From: an uncultured Candidatus Saccharibacteria bacterium
GTDB taxonomy: Bacteria; Patescibacteriota; Minisyncoccia; Phycocordibacterales; UBA9973
NCBI GenBank assembly: GCA_964446965.1
Contig: CAYUQD010000004.1
Coordinates: 1-60,336, forward strand
Length of the DNA stretch: 60,336 nt
Direction of reading: 5' to 3'
Shown: piece by piece, positions 8,734-17,299 of the stretch
Position numbering within the stretch: the first letter of the stretch is position 1
How the letters are laid out: the number at the start of each line of letters is the position of its first letter
Made by a program: the position numbers and the translations under genes
The notes under the pieces: model-generated
Told to the model about the DNA's origin: nothing
Databases searched by the model: none
The model's input: only the letters and a program-made list of their open reading frames with translations

Positions 8734-10380
8734 CTTTTCGGGATTTAATATAACGGAGTCAGGTAATTTGGTCGGTCGTATAGATACGTTCCGACCCCGA
8801 CCCCTGACAGGACTTATTATAACTGAGTCATCCGTTGTAATATTTTCTTTCGCAAAGGCTCGATTCTTCAAAGGATCGGGCTTTTGCGTTTCGTTCCAAA
8901 TGAGCGCGCCGGTTGCCTCGAGTCCGAGCACGATCGGGGATTTTGTTGCCTCAACAATGATCTTGTCTTCGGCTTTGAATTGGTCCCAGAAAAGCCCAAG
9001 GTAGAGGCGTTTTAATTCATCAGGTGCTTTCTCGTAGGTCTTGCCGATATTCCGCATCAGGGCGAGTATGTCCTGAACTACGTCCATTTTGAGGTTCTTG
9101 GTCCGGTCCAGTTTGTGTACTTCATCCTCAACACCCTCGATCTGTTCTCGGTAGCGCAACTTGATCTTAGTAAAGGCTACGTCATCAATGATTCCGTTGA
9201 TCAGTTTTTCTTCGGCAATCTCGAGCTTGCGTTCAAAATTAATCTTCGAGGTCATGAACTGTTTCTTCTGGTTGCCGATATCTGATTTCTTTTCCTCATA
9301 GATACTTCGCATTTTGCTTACGACCTTATCGATGAAGTCGTCGGAGAATTGCAGTCCTTTGAATTTTTCCGTGATCTGGTTTTCCAAATCAAATACCTCG
9401 ACATACTTATCGTTGCACTTTATTTGGTCACTGGACCGATTGCAGTGGTAGTACGCCTTATTCTTTAGGGGATGGTACTCGGCGGTATATCGCTGTCCGC
9501 ATTTTCTACAAAACACAAACCCGCGCAGCAGAAAGTTATGCTTGTGTCGTCGGCACGCGTAGCGATTGTTTTCTTCGAGGACTCGTTGGCATTTATCGAA
9601 TAAGTCTTTTGTGATGATTGCCTCATGCTTACCAATGTCGTTCATACCGCGCCACTCCATCCCGCCGTAGTAGAAGGGACACTTGATGGTCCGAAACATT
9701 TTACTCATAGCGACTCGCTTGCCCACGGTACTCACCAATCCTTTCTTGTAGAGCAGATCCCGAATCTCAATCAGGGAATAGTCGCCAGTGCTGTAGAGTT
9801 TGAACAATTCGGCAATGAGTGGAGCTCGGACCGGATCGGTAGTGATGATTCGTTTCTTCTCGTCGTCAGGAGTTCCCGAGTTGAAATATCCCATGGGAGC
9901 TTTTGTCGGCCACCACCCATCCTTGTATTTTTGTTCCATGCTCTTGAGTGTCTTTCGGGAAGTGATCTGTGATTGTAGTTGGTTCACTCCGGCAATGACA
10001 AGGTCCATGAAGTTTCCCTCGGGCGTGTTCTCGAGTCCCGGCTGTGACACTGAAATAAGTTCAACGCCGTGCTTTCTCAAAAGTGCCTTGATGGTGAGGT
10101 GATCGCCGGCATTGCGGGCGAGTCGGTCCGTATCTTGTACAAAGACAGCAGCGATGCTCTTGTCCTCTTGGATGCGAATGAGCATGTCTTGGAGTCCGGG
10201 ACGGTTCATATTCGTCGCACTCTTGCCGGGGTCCTTGTACACACCGTTGTCGGCTAGCTTATAGACTTTCATGTCTTCGATGCCTCGCTCGCAAAGGCGT
10301 AGCTGAGTCTTGAGGGAATGCCGTTCGTCACCGGCTTGTTCGTCGGTGGAAACTCGGCAGTAAATAAGGGCTTTGTTCAT
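8680..10380 (-). CDS. Large serine recombinase (resolvase/invertase N-domain + recombinase domain + zinc ribbon)
   Basis: LIYCRVSTDEQ catalytic-serine motif, DRLARN, zinc-ribbon cysteines CRKCGQRY..YYHC. The last 54 nt run antisense through tRNA-His. Confidence 0.9.
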   Translation of the reverse strand: MNKALIYCRVSTDEQAGDERHSLKTQLRLCERGIEDMKVYKLADNGVYKDPGKSATNMNRPGLQDMLIRIQEDKSIAAVFVQDTDRLARNAGDHLTIKALLRKHGVELISVSQPGLENTPEGNFMDLVIAGVNQLQSQITSRKTLKSMEQKYKDGWWPTKAPMGYFNSGTPDDEKKRIITTDPVRAPLIAELFKLYSTGDYSLIEIRDLLYKKGLVSTVGKRVAMSKMFRTIKCPFYYGGMEWRGMNDIGKHEAIITKDLFDKCQRVLEENNRYACRRHKHNFLLRGFVFCRKCGQRYTAEYHPLKNKAYYHCNRSSDQIKCNDKYVEVFDLENQITEKFKGLQFSDDFIDKVVSKMRSIYEEKKSDIGNQKKQFMTSKINFERKLEIAEEKLINGIIDDVAFTKIKLRYREQIEGVEDEVHKLDRTKNLKMDVVQDILALMRNIGKTYEKAPDELKRLYLGLFWDQFKAEDKIIVEATKSPIVLGLEATGALIWNETQKPDPLKNRAFAKENITTDDSVIISPVRGRGRNVSIRPTKLPDSVILNPEKGAYRESNPNRRFHKPQC

Positions 10381-10465
10381 GGTAATGGTAATTTAGAGCT
10401 GATAATGGGATGCGAACGACACTATGCCAAGAATACGGGATATAGCAATGGTTTGAGCTGATTTT

Positions 10466-10660
10466 TCACTACTGGCTTAACATGGGTTATTTTGGAACGG
10501 TCCTTATAAAATAAGCATTTTTCAAAAAGGATTTTCGTGACTACTGGGTTTAAGAATCACTGTGGCTTAGTCTGGTTTATTTTGAAACGAGCCTTATATT
10601 TATTGATTTTTCGCTCGGGGTTATTCGGGGTTATTTTGATTTCGTCCTTATTTTATAAGG
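10466..10660. repeat. Iteron-like imperfect direct repeats (two ~57-nt copies plus one partial copy)
   Basis: 10466-10523 and 10557-10612 share tcact..tggctta....gg(g/t)ttattttg(g/a)aacg..ccttata...atttttc. A partial third copy is at 10627-10660. Confidence 0.6.
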
Positions 10661-10769
10661 GTTCGAAAAATGAGGGATTTACTTTTTTGTGGATAAAACC
10701 TTCTTTTTTGGCAGGGTGTGTTTGGTTTCTTTTTTTATTTCCTTTCTTTTCTTTCTTACCCCCGCCAAA

Positions 10770-10789
10770 GTGTTCAGTACGCTGAACAC
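10770..10789 (-). terminator. Hairpin at the 3' end of the 157-aa gene
   Basis: Perfect 8-bp stem gtgttcag-tacg-ctgaacac immediately after the stop codon. Confidence 0.45.
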
Positions 10790-10790
10790 C

Positions 10791-11264
10791 CTACAGCGGT
10801 TTCACCCTGAATTTATCAGCTAAATTCTCGATTTCGCCTTGTAGATTTGAGCGGTCTTGCTGTTCATTCTGTCGAATGTTCTGTTCGGTAGGCTGAATAT
10901 CCTGTTCAATACATCGAAATCCCTGTTCAGCTTGGAGAACGTTAGCTTGATATATCCAGAAGTTATTCACACCTGTTTTGTTTTTTGGGAGCGTGGCGAG
11001 ATATCCCTTTTTGACAAGGGATGCCCGGACCCCACTGATCTTGCCAACGGACCACTCTGGTAGGCAATCGCTTTGGATGTCTCGTAGTGAAAAATCCTCA
11101 ACAATGCCGAACCGTTCCTTGTCGCGTTTATCCCACCTTGCATGGATCACATACATGTCAAAAAGCCGATACTCTTGATCGGTCATCGGTTTCTTGTATT
11201 TGACTGCCATGTACCTATACAGCTTCAGGTATCCTACTGGTTTGTTCTTCATGTTCATTTTCAT
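10791..11264 (-). CDS. Hypothetical protein, possibly winged-helix DNA-binding or replication-related
   Basis: 157-aa ORF ending in a Q/E-rich repeat tail (QDIQPTEQNIRQNEQQD). No firm motif. Confidence 0.45.
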   Translation of the reverse strand: MKMNMKNKPVGYLKLYRYMAVKYKKPMTDQEYRLFDMYVIHARWDKRDKERFGIVEDFSLRDIQSDCLPEWSVGKISGVRASLVKKGYLATLPKNKTGVNNFWIYQANVLQAEQGFRCIEQDIQPTEQNIRQNEQQDRSNLQGEIENLADKFRVKPL

Positions 11265-11376
11265 GCTCGATTTGCATCAAGAGGATTTGGGCGAGACGTT
11301 CGACAAAGAAGTCCAAGTCTTTTGGATTCATAGGGACCTGTGCAGGGACCGGATTGTTGTCGAGCGTCTGGTCCAT
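11215..11376 (-). CDS. Possible 53-aa small ORF, translationally coupled
   Basis: ATG sits 2 nt after the TAA of the upstream 83-aa gene. The ORF overlaps the start of the 157-aa gene. Below the ORF-track cutoff and read by hand. Confidence 0.25.
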   Translation of the reverse strand: MDQTLDNNPVPAQVPMNPKDLDFFVERLAQILLMQIEHENEHEEQTSRIPEAV

Positions 11377-11378
11377 GA

Positions 11379-11630
11379 TTAATTCACCTCGTATAGGCGG
11401 GTCTTTAATGCTTTGATCTGGTCAAAGTATGCGCGCGGTTCGACCGACAGCTGACGCTTTTGGAATTCTGAAACGATGTCTTCAAGCTCCGGGGTTCGGG
11501 CGAATATGAATTGCGCCCGCCTCGGGATACTCTTGTCGACATCTTCGAGCGGTACGAACAGCGAGAGGGCTGCCGCGCACGCGAGATCGGAGGTTTGGTA
11601 CATGTGTTGTGTATTCATCGTCATGTTCAT
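11379..11630 (-). CDS. DUF5659-like small protein
   Basis: YQTSDLACAAALS......FIFAR.PELEDIVSEF...QLSVEPRAYFDQIKALKTRLY resembles, from memory, the DUF5659 pattern. Confidence 0.45.
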   Translation of the reverse strand: MNMTMNTQHMYQTSDLACAAALSLFVPLEDVDKSIPRRAQFIFARTPELEDIVSEFQKRQLSVEPRAYFDQIKALKTRLYEVN

Positions 11631-11718
11631 TGATAATCGCCAATAAAAAATAGGCTTGTGTACAGCCTACTTTCGGGGGAGTGATTCAATTTCGAATACT
11701 GCGACTCAAGTGAGTCAC

Positions 11719-12483
11719 TTATTGCTCACGCCAGATGGTATTCATGCGCCAATGAAAAAGTTCGGGAATATCGAGCTGTTCTTTGGCACGCTTGTTTACG
11801 AGGCGCATTGCATCATAAACGCTACGGCTCGAGTCCTTGCTCCAGTCGATCATATCCATGACATCGGTTTCTTTGACGCGTGTACCAAGAGGGACCTCGA
11901 ATAGTTTCTTGCAGAGGAAGAACTGGTTGGTGTTGATGGGTACCTCCGTTTGTCGGCCGTTGAATGAGAAGATGCCGGTTGCGGTATCGAATACAAGTTT
12001 GGTGTCGGAGGTTACATTTTCTTTCACATCGAGCTTTTCGTATACGGTGTTGCGTACTTTCTCGAATGCTTTCCAGTTCGGAATGCGAAAGCTCACAAAA
12101 TTCTTTTTGAATACCTTGGGGTCATTGATTGCATCAAGGTATGCGGAATCGTGATTACCTAGGTAGTCGGGACCGTAGTGGAAATTGATCAGCTCGCCGG
12201 GGCCCGTCGAGATTTTAACAGGGAGGTATAGGTCCTCGATGGTGTTGGTACGGTAGAGGTGTATGAAAAATACGAGGGCGTTCTCATCCATCAGGAGTCT
12301 CGGGAATTCACTTGAAGTCAGAATGATCTCGCCATTTGCCCGATCGAGTACGTTGTACGCCGAAGAAATGCAATCAATGACGGTCTTGATGGTTTCGGTA
12401 GTGACGAAGGTTTTGTTTTCTGGGTACAGGTCCAATAGGGCGGACCAGTCCTTGGTATTCATTTTCATAGTAATTTTGGGCAA
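11719..12483 (-). CDS. Hypothetical protein, possible C-terminal winged-helix
   Basis: 254-aa ORF, first gene of the minus-strand module. No catalytic motif seen. Confidence 0.5.
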   Translation of the reverse strand: MPKITMKMNTKDWSALLDLYPENKTFVTTETIKTVIDCISSAYNVLDRANGEIILTSSEFPRLLMDENALVFFIHLYRTNTIEDLYLPVKISTGPGELINFHYGPDYLGNHDSAYLDAINDPKVFKKNFVSFRIPNWKAFEKVRNTVYEKLDVKENVTSDTKLVFDTATGIFSFNGRQTEVPINTNQFFLCKKLFEVPLGTRVKETDVMDMIDWSKDSSRSVYDAMRLVNKRAKEQLDIPELFHWRMNTIWREQ

Positions 12484-12632
12484 ACGGAGTTGATCACGTT
12501 CAGCTTTAGCGATTATAGCTATTTTGAGTATTTTTAACAGCCCCTACACCTGCTGTGGGGTATTGCTTTCCAAATCGGGATAATATACAATCAGAAAAGA
12601 ATGTAAGGTAAAAACTAACATTCAGTCCAGAT

Positions 12633-13232
12633 ATGGAAAATAAAGGATATTTATCAATTCTCTTGCGATCGCCACAAACCGTCTTTTCATTCAAGGACAT
12701 TATTTCCTTGTGGGGCGAGGAAGTGAAAAGTGCTACAGATAGTTCCTTGCGCGTACGCGTGAATTACTATGTCAAAAGTGGAGAGCTTTACCCGATTCGT
12801 CGTGGGATTTATGCGAAGGATAAGAATTACGATAAATTCGAAGCGGGCAATAAAATCTTTACTCCGTCCTATATCAGCTTTGAAACAGTTCTTAGTCGAT
12901 CAGGAGTATTGATTCGTCGTTTCAATCAGATATTTCTTGCATCGTATCTTTCTCGGGAAATCATTGCCGACAATCAGGTGTACACATACCGAAAGATAAA
13001 AGACTCGGTGCTGAAGACGGAAGGCTCAGGTGTTGAGCGTAAGACAGGGTATTCTATTGCGACACCGGAGAGGGCATTCCTTGATCTCGTGTATCTTTCC
13101 ACGGAATACCATTTTGATAATTTATCAGCATTGGACTGGGAGAAAGTTTTTGAACTCCTACCGATTTTCGAAAGCGAGCAGCTTGAAAAACGAGTACGAA
13201 AATATTATGAGCAATTCCAAAGCTCGGAGTAG
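12633..13232 (+). CDS. AbiEi-family (type IV TA antitoxin-like) transcriptional regulator, with no AbiEii partner
   Basis: VFSFKDI...YVKSGELYPIRRGIYA and PSYISFETVLSRSGVL match AbiEi N- and C-domain signatures. Confidence 0.65.
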   Translation: MENKGYLSILLRSPQTVFSFKDIISLWGEEVKSATDSSLRVRVNYYVKSGELYPIRRGIYAKDKNYDKFEAGNKIFTPSYISFETVLSRSGVLIRRFNQIFLASYLSREIIADNQVYTYRKIKDSVLKTEGSGVERKTGYSIATPERAFLDLVYLSTEYHFDNLSALDWEKVFELLPIFESEQLEKRVRKYYEQFQSSE

Positions 13233-13266
13233 GGAAAAGAATAATGAGAATGAAAATGAACATCAT

Positions 13267-16221
13267 ATGAAAATCACCGACCAACATGCAAAATATTTCG
13301 CCTATGAGCTCACCAAGCGGTGTCCTTCTGATAGCTTGGAGAAACTTTCTTCGACGCTATCGAATGCTCAGGTCGATTTGAATCCGCACCAAATTGAGGC
13401 GGCACTTTTTGCTTTTCGTTCACCGCTTTCAAAAGGAGCGATTCTTGCCGACGAGGTGGGTCTTGGAAAGACGATCGAAGCAGGCTTGGTCCTTTCTCAG
13501 AAATGGGCTGAACGAAAACGGCAGATACTTTTGATCGTCCCATCAAGTTTGCGTAAGCAGTGGAACACTGAGCTTCAGGAAAAATTCTTTTTGCCGTCAT
13601 CCATTCTTGAAACAAAATCATTTAATCAGGCGATCAAAGATGGAAACCTTAATCCATTTGTTCAAGAAGATTCAATCGTCATTTGCTCTTATCAGTTCGC
13701 TCGTTCGAAGTCGCCGTATCTTAAGCAGGTGAAATGGGACCTTGTTGTTATTGATGAAGCGCACCGATTGCGAAATGTGTACAAGACAAGCAATAAGATT
13801 GCGCGTGAAATTAAGGACGCGCTTTCAGACGTTCCGAAAATTCTCCTTACTGCAACTCCACTTCAGAATTCGCTCCTTGAGCTGTACGGTTTGGTTAGCA
13901 TTATTGATGATCATGTCTTTGGTGATCTGAAGAGTTTCAAGGAAAACTACAGCAGGGTTTCTCGAGAGCAAAGCCAGTATGACAGTGAGCTCGGGCTTGT
14001 TGAGCCAAGACAGGAAATGTTTAACGATCTACGCGCACGCCTGAAGCCTGTGTGTATTCGTACGCTCCGAAGCCAGGTTCTCGAATATATTAAATACACC
14101 AAGCGTATTCCTATGACGCAGGATTACACCCCTACGGCGGATGAAGTAGAGCTCTACGAGGGGATGTCTGAGTATCTTCGCAAGCCGAAGCTCTTTGCCT
14201 TGCCGAATAGTCAGCGACAGTTGATCACTTTGATTCTTCGCAAACTGCTCGCATCTTCAACGTTTGCAATCGCGAGCACACTCAGTGGTCTAGTTTCAAA
14301 GCTTACAATCTTGATTGATCAGGCAGAGAAACAGCAGTCGCTCCAAGAGACCGGCATTCCGGACCTTGCTGAAAACTTTGAGTCATTTGATGAAATTTCC
14401 GACGAATGGATTGATGATGAGGAAGAAGAGGTTGAAGAAAAAGACAAGGAAAAGGAAGCGAAATATACCCCCGAGGATATTGAGCTTATGAAAGAAGAAA
14501 AAGGGGAGCTCGAGCATTTCCACGATCTTGCAAAAAGCATTTTCAAAAACTCAAAGGGGGATGCATTGATCACTGCCTTGGAGAATGGGTTCAAAATGAC
14601 CGAAGAGCTTGGTGCAAAAAAGAAAGCTATCATTTTCACTGAATCAACTGTCACGCAAAACTACCTTTTGAAACTTCTATCCGAGCAGGGATACGATGAC
14701 AAGATCGTCTTCTTTAATGGCTCAAACAATGACGAGAAATCGAAGAAGATTTATCAAGCGTGGATGGCGCAGCATAAAGATACCGATAAGGTGACAGGGT
14801 CAAAGACCGCAGACATGCGCGCCGCGCTTGTGGACTACTTCAGAAATGAAGCAGAAATCATGATCGCGACTGAAGCGGCAGCAGAAGGCATCAACCTACA
14901 ATTCTGTTCTCTTCTTATCAACTATGACTTGCCATGGAATCCGCAACGTATTGAGCAGCGCATCGGACGTTGTCATCGTTATGGACAGAAACATGACGTA
15001 GTGGTTATCAACTTTGTGAACAAGACGAATGCGGCAGACCAACGCGTCTACGAATTGCTTGATCAGAAATTTAACCTTTTCAAGGGCGTATTCGGTGTAA
15101 GCGATGAGGTACTTGGGAATATTGAATCTGGTATGGATTTTGAAAAGCGAATCGTAAAGATCTATCAGACGTGCCGAAGTGAAAGTGAAATCAATACTGC
15201 ATTCGATACTCTCCAAGAGGAAATGGAGGAAAGTATTCAGGGTAACTTGCGGGAAACCCGCCAGAAGCTTTTGGAAAACTTTGATGCCGAAGTCCATGAG
15301 AAGTTGAAGATGAACCTGAAGGAAAGTCAGGCCTACTTGGATACCTACGAACGATGGTTGTGGGATGCGACCCGCTACTACCTTGGTGACCATGCGGATT
15401 TTTCAGAACAGGAGTATTCCTTTGTCTTGAAAGACAATCCGTTTGTGAGCGAGGCGATCGATCCGGGTCCTTACAAGATCGGAAAGAATATCGAGGATGC
15501 TCATGTGTATCGTCCGGCGCATCCTTTGGCACAACTGATTTTGTCTGATATCAAAGCTAAGAGTCTTGATGAAGCAGAGGTCACCTTTGATTATGCGACA
15601 AGTTCAAAAGAACAGGGGATTGTTTCAGTCATCGCTCCGCTTGTCGGGAAAGGTGGTGTATTGAAAGTTTCAAACTATACAGTCGATTCATTTGAGGTAG
15701 AGGATATGGTCATCGTTTCGGCGATCGATGACTCAGGAGATGTTATTGATTCTGAGACCGCAAAAAAACTATTTACGATCGCTGCACAATCGGTTGCTCC
15801 GGCTATCGTTTCTGATGATCAAAAAACAAAGCTCGATGAGATTGAGGATGGTTCGGTTGATTTTGTCTCGAGTCGCATTGCCGAGCGTAATGGAGAATTC
15901 TTTGACGATGAAGTTGATAAGCTCGACAAGTGGGCCGACGACATGAAACGAGCGCTTGAGCTTGATCTCAAAAAGCTCGATGTCGACATCAAGATCAACA
16001 AGACAAGTGCAAAGAAAATACTGAACCTTGAAGAAAAGTTGAAAGCACAGCGTGGGATCAAGGATATGGAAAAGAAGCGAAACGAGATGCGAAAGAAATT
16101 GTACGAGGCACAGGACGATGTTGATACTAGAAAGGAAAAACTTATCGGACAAGTAGAATTACAACTCAAGCAAAAGTCGAAGCGCGAGCACCTGTTCACC
16201 ATGAGGTGGAAAGTGGTATAA
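13267..16221 (+). CDS. SNF2-family helicase with a long C-terminal coiled-coil region
   Basis: LADEVGLGKTIEAG (motif I), VIDEAHRLRN (II), LTATPLQNSLLELY (III), QRIGRCHRYGQ (VI). Start chosen at MKITDQHAKYFAYELT; ATG 13207 is also possible. Confidence 0.85.
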   Translation: MKITDQHAKYFAYELTKRCPSDSLEKLSSTLSNAQVDLNPHQIEAALFAFRSPLSKGAILADEVGLGKTIEAGLVLSQKWAERKRQILLIVPSSLRKQWNTELQEKFFLPSSILETKSFNQAIKDGNLNPFVQEDSIVICSYQFARSKSPYLKQVKWDLVVIDEAHRLRNVYKTSNKIAREIKDALSDVPKILLTATPLQNSLLELYGLVSIIDDHVFGDLKSFKENYSRVSREQSQYDSELGLVEPRQEMFNDLRARLKPVCIRTLRSQVLEYIKYTKRIPMTQDYTPTADEVELYEGMSEYLRKPKLFALPNSQRQLITLILRKLLASSTFAIASTLSGLVSKLTILIDQAEKQQSLQETGIPDLAENFESFDEISDEWIDDEEEEVEEKDKEKEAKYTPEDIELMKEEKGELEHFHDLAKSIFKNSKGDALITALENGFKMTEELGAKKKAIIFTESTVTQNYLLKLLSEQGYDDKIVFFNGSNNDEKSKKIYQAWMAQHKDTDKVTGSKTADMRAALVDYFRNEAEIMIATEAAAEGINLQFCSLLINYDLPWNPQRIEQRIGRCHRYGQKHDVVVINFVNKTNAADQRVYELLDQKFNLFKGVFGVSDEVLGNIESGMDFEKRIVKIYQTCRSESEINTAFDTLQEEMEESIQGNLRETRQKLLENFDAEVHEKLKMNLKESQAYLDTYERWLWDATRYYLGDHADFSEQEYSFVLKDNPFVSEAIDPGPYKIGKNIEDAHVYRPAHPLAQLILSDIKAKSLDEAEVTFDYATSSKEQGIVSVIAPLVGKGGVLKVSNYTVDSFEVEDMVIVSAIDDSGDVIDSETAKKLFTIAAQSVAPAIVSDDQKTKLDEIEDGSVDFVSSRIAERNGEFFDDEVDKLDKWADDMKRALELDLKKLDVDIKINKTSAKKILNLEEKLKAQRGIKDMEKKRNEMRKKLYEAQDDVDTRKEKLIGQVELQLKQKSKREHLFTMRWKVV

Positions 16222-16249
16222 ATTATCAATTTTAATTATCATTACATTT

Positions 16250-17296
16250 ATGAACGAATCAAAAGACATAATCCCTCAAGAGTCCGATTTTCTTCTCTAC
16301 ACCACTCCAGAAGGTGGTGTACGTGTGGATGTACTATTCCATGATGAAACTGTTTGGCTAACCCAAAAAAGAATGGCCGAATTGTTCGGTGTTGATGTGC
16401 GAACAATCAATGAACACATCCAAAATATTTACAAAGGTCAAGAGCTTTCTGAGGAGGCAACTATCCGGAATTTCCGGATAGTTCAAAAAGAGGGAAACCG
16501 CGATGTAAATCGGGATATTGAGTTCTATAACCTTGACGTTATCATTTCTGTGGGTTACAGAGTGAACTCTGAAAAGGCTACCCGATTTCGTACATGGGCA
16601 ACACAAACACTCCGCAATTACATCGTCAAGGGATTTGCTATTGATGATGAGCGATTGAAGAACGGCATTCATTTTGGTAAAGATTATTTTGATGAGTTAC
16701 TTGAGAAGATCCGGGAGATTCGTGCGAGCGAACGCCGGTTCTACCAGAAAATCACTGATCTCTATGCGGAGGCGAGCATTGATTATGACAAGGACTCCGA
16801 GATTACTCAAAAATTTTTCAAAACAGTTCAGAATAAATTGCATTGGGCAATAACTGGGCACACTGCAGCTGAATTAGTTGCGGGACGGGCAGATAGTGAT
16901 AAGCCCAAGATGGGACTTTCAACATGGAAGAATGCCCCTAAGGGTAAGGTTATGAAATCAGATGTTTCTGTTGCCAAAAATTATCTTGAAGAAAAAGAAA
17001 TGTCTGAATTGAACCGAGTAGTATCAATGTATTTGGATTATGCTGAAAATCAAGCAAAAAAACAGCGTCCGATGAGTATGGCTGAATGGGTTGAAAAGCT
17101 CGATGCGTTCTTGCGGTTTAACGAATACGAGATTCTCGACAACCCAGGAAAGATTTCACACGAGGTTGCAAAAGAGCTTGCGGAAAAAGAATACGAAAAG
17201 TACCGGGTGATTCAGGATCAAGAGTTCATTTCCGATTTTGACAAGGAAACAAAGAGATATCTTGATGGAGGGGAACCTAGTAGTGAACAAAAATAA
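16250..17296 (+). CDS. RhuM-family protein
   Basis: VWLTQKRMAELFGVDVRTINEHI...YNLDVIISVGYRVNS..ATRFR.WAT is the RhuM signature, a family often embedded in R-M loci. Confidence 0.75.
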   Translation: MNESKDIIPQESDFLLYTTPEGGVRVDVLFHDETVWLTQKRMAELFGVDVRTINEHIQNIYKGQELSEEATIRNFRIVQKEGNRDVNRDIEFYNLDVIISVGYRVNSEKATRFRTWATQTLRNYIVKGFAIDDERLKNGIHFGKDYFDELLEKIREIRASERRFYQKITDLYAEASIDYDKDSEITQKFFKTVQNKLHWAITGHTAAELVAGRADSDKPKMGLSTWKNAPKGKVMKSDVSVAKNYLEEKEMSELNRVVSMYLDYAENQAKKQRPMSMAEWVEKLDAFLRFNEYEILDNPGKISHEVAKELAEKEYEKYRVIQDQEFISDFDKETKRYLDGGEPSSEQK

Positions 17297-17299
17297 TTT

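Noticed and set aside
10466-10660. CRISPR array
   Set aside because: Only two and a half degenerate ~57-nt copies with unequal spacing, and no cas genes. Not CRISPR-like.
10537-10785. 82-aa plus-strand ORF in the repeat region
   Set aside because: It spans the direct repeats and the pyrimidine tract, has a low-complexity hydrophobic translation and no start context. Likely spurious.
13030-13266. Long N-terminal extension of the SNF2 ORF
   Set aside because: It overlaps the AbiEi gene in another frame. The conserved-looking N-terminus starts at MKITDQHAKYFAYELT (13267).
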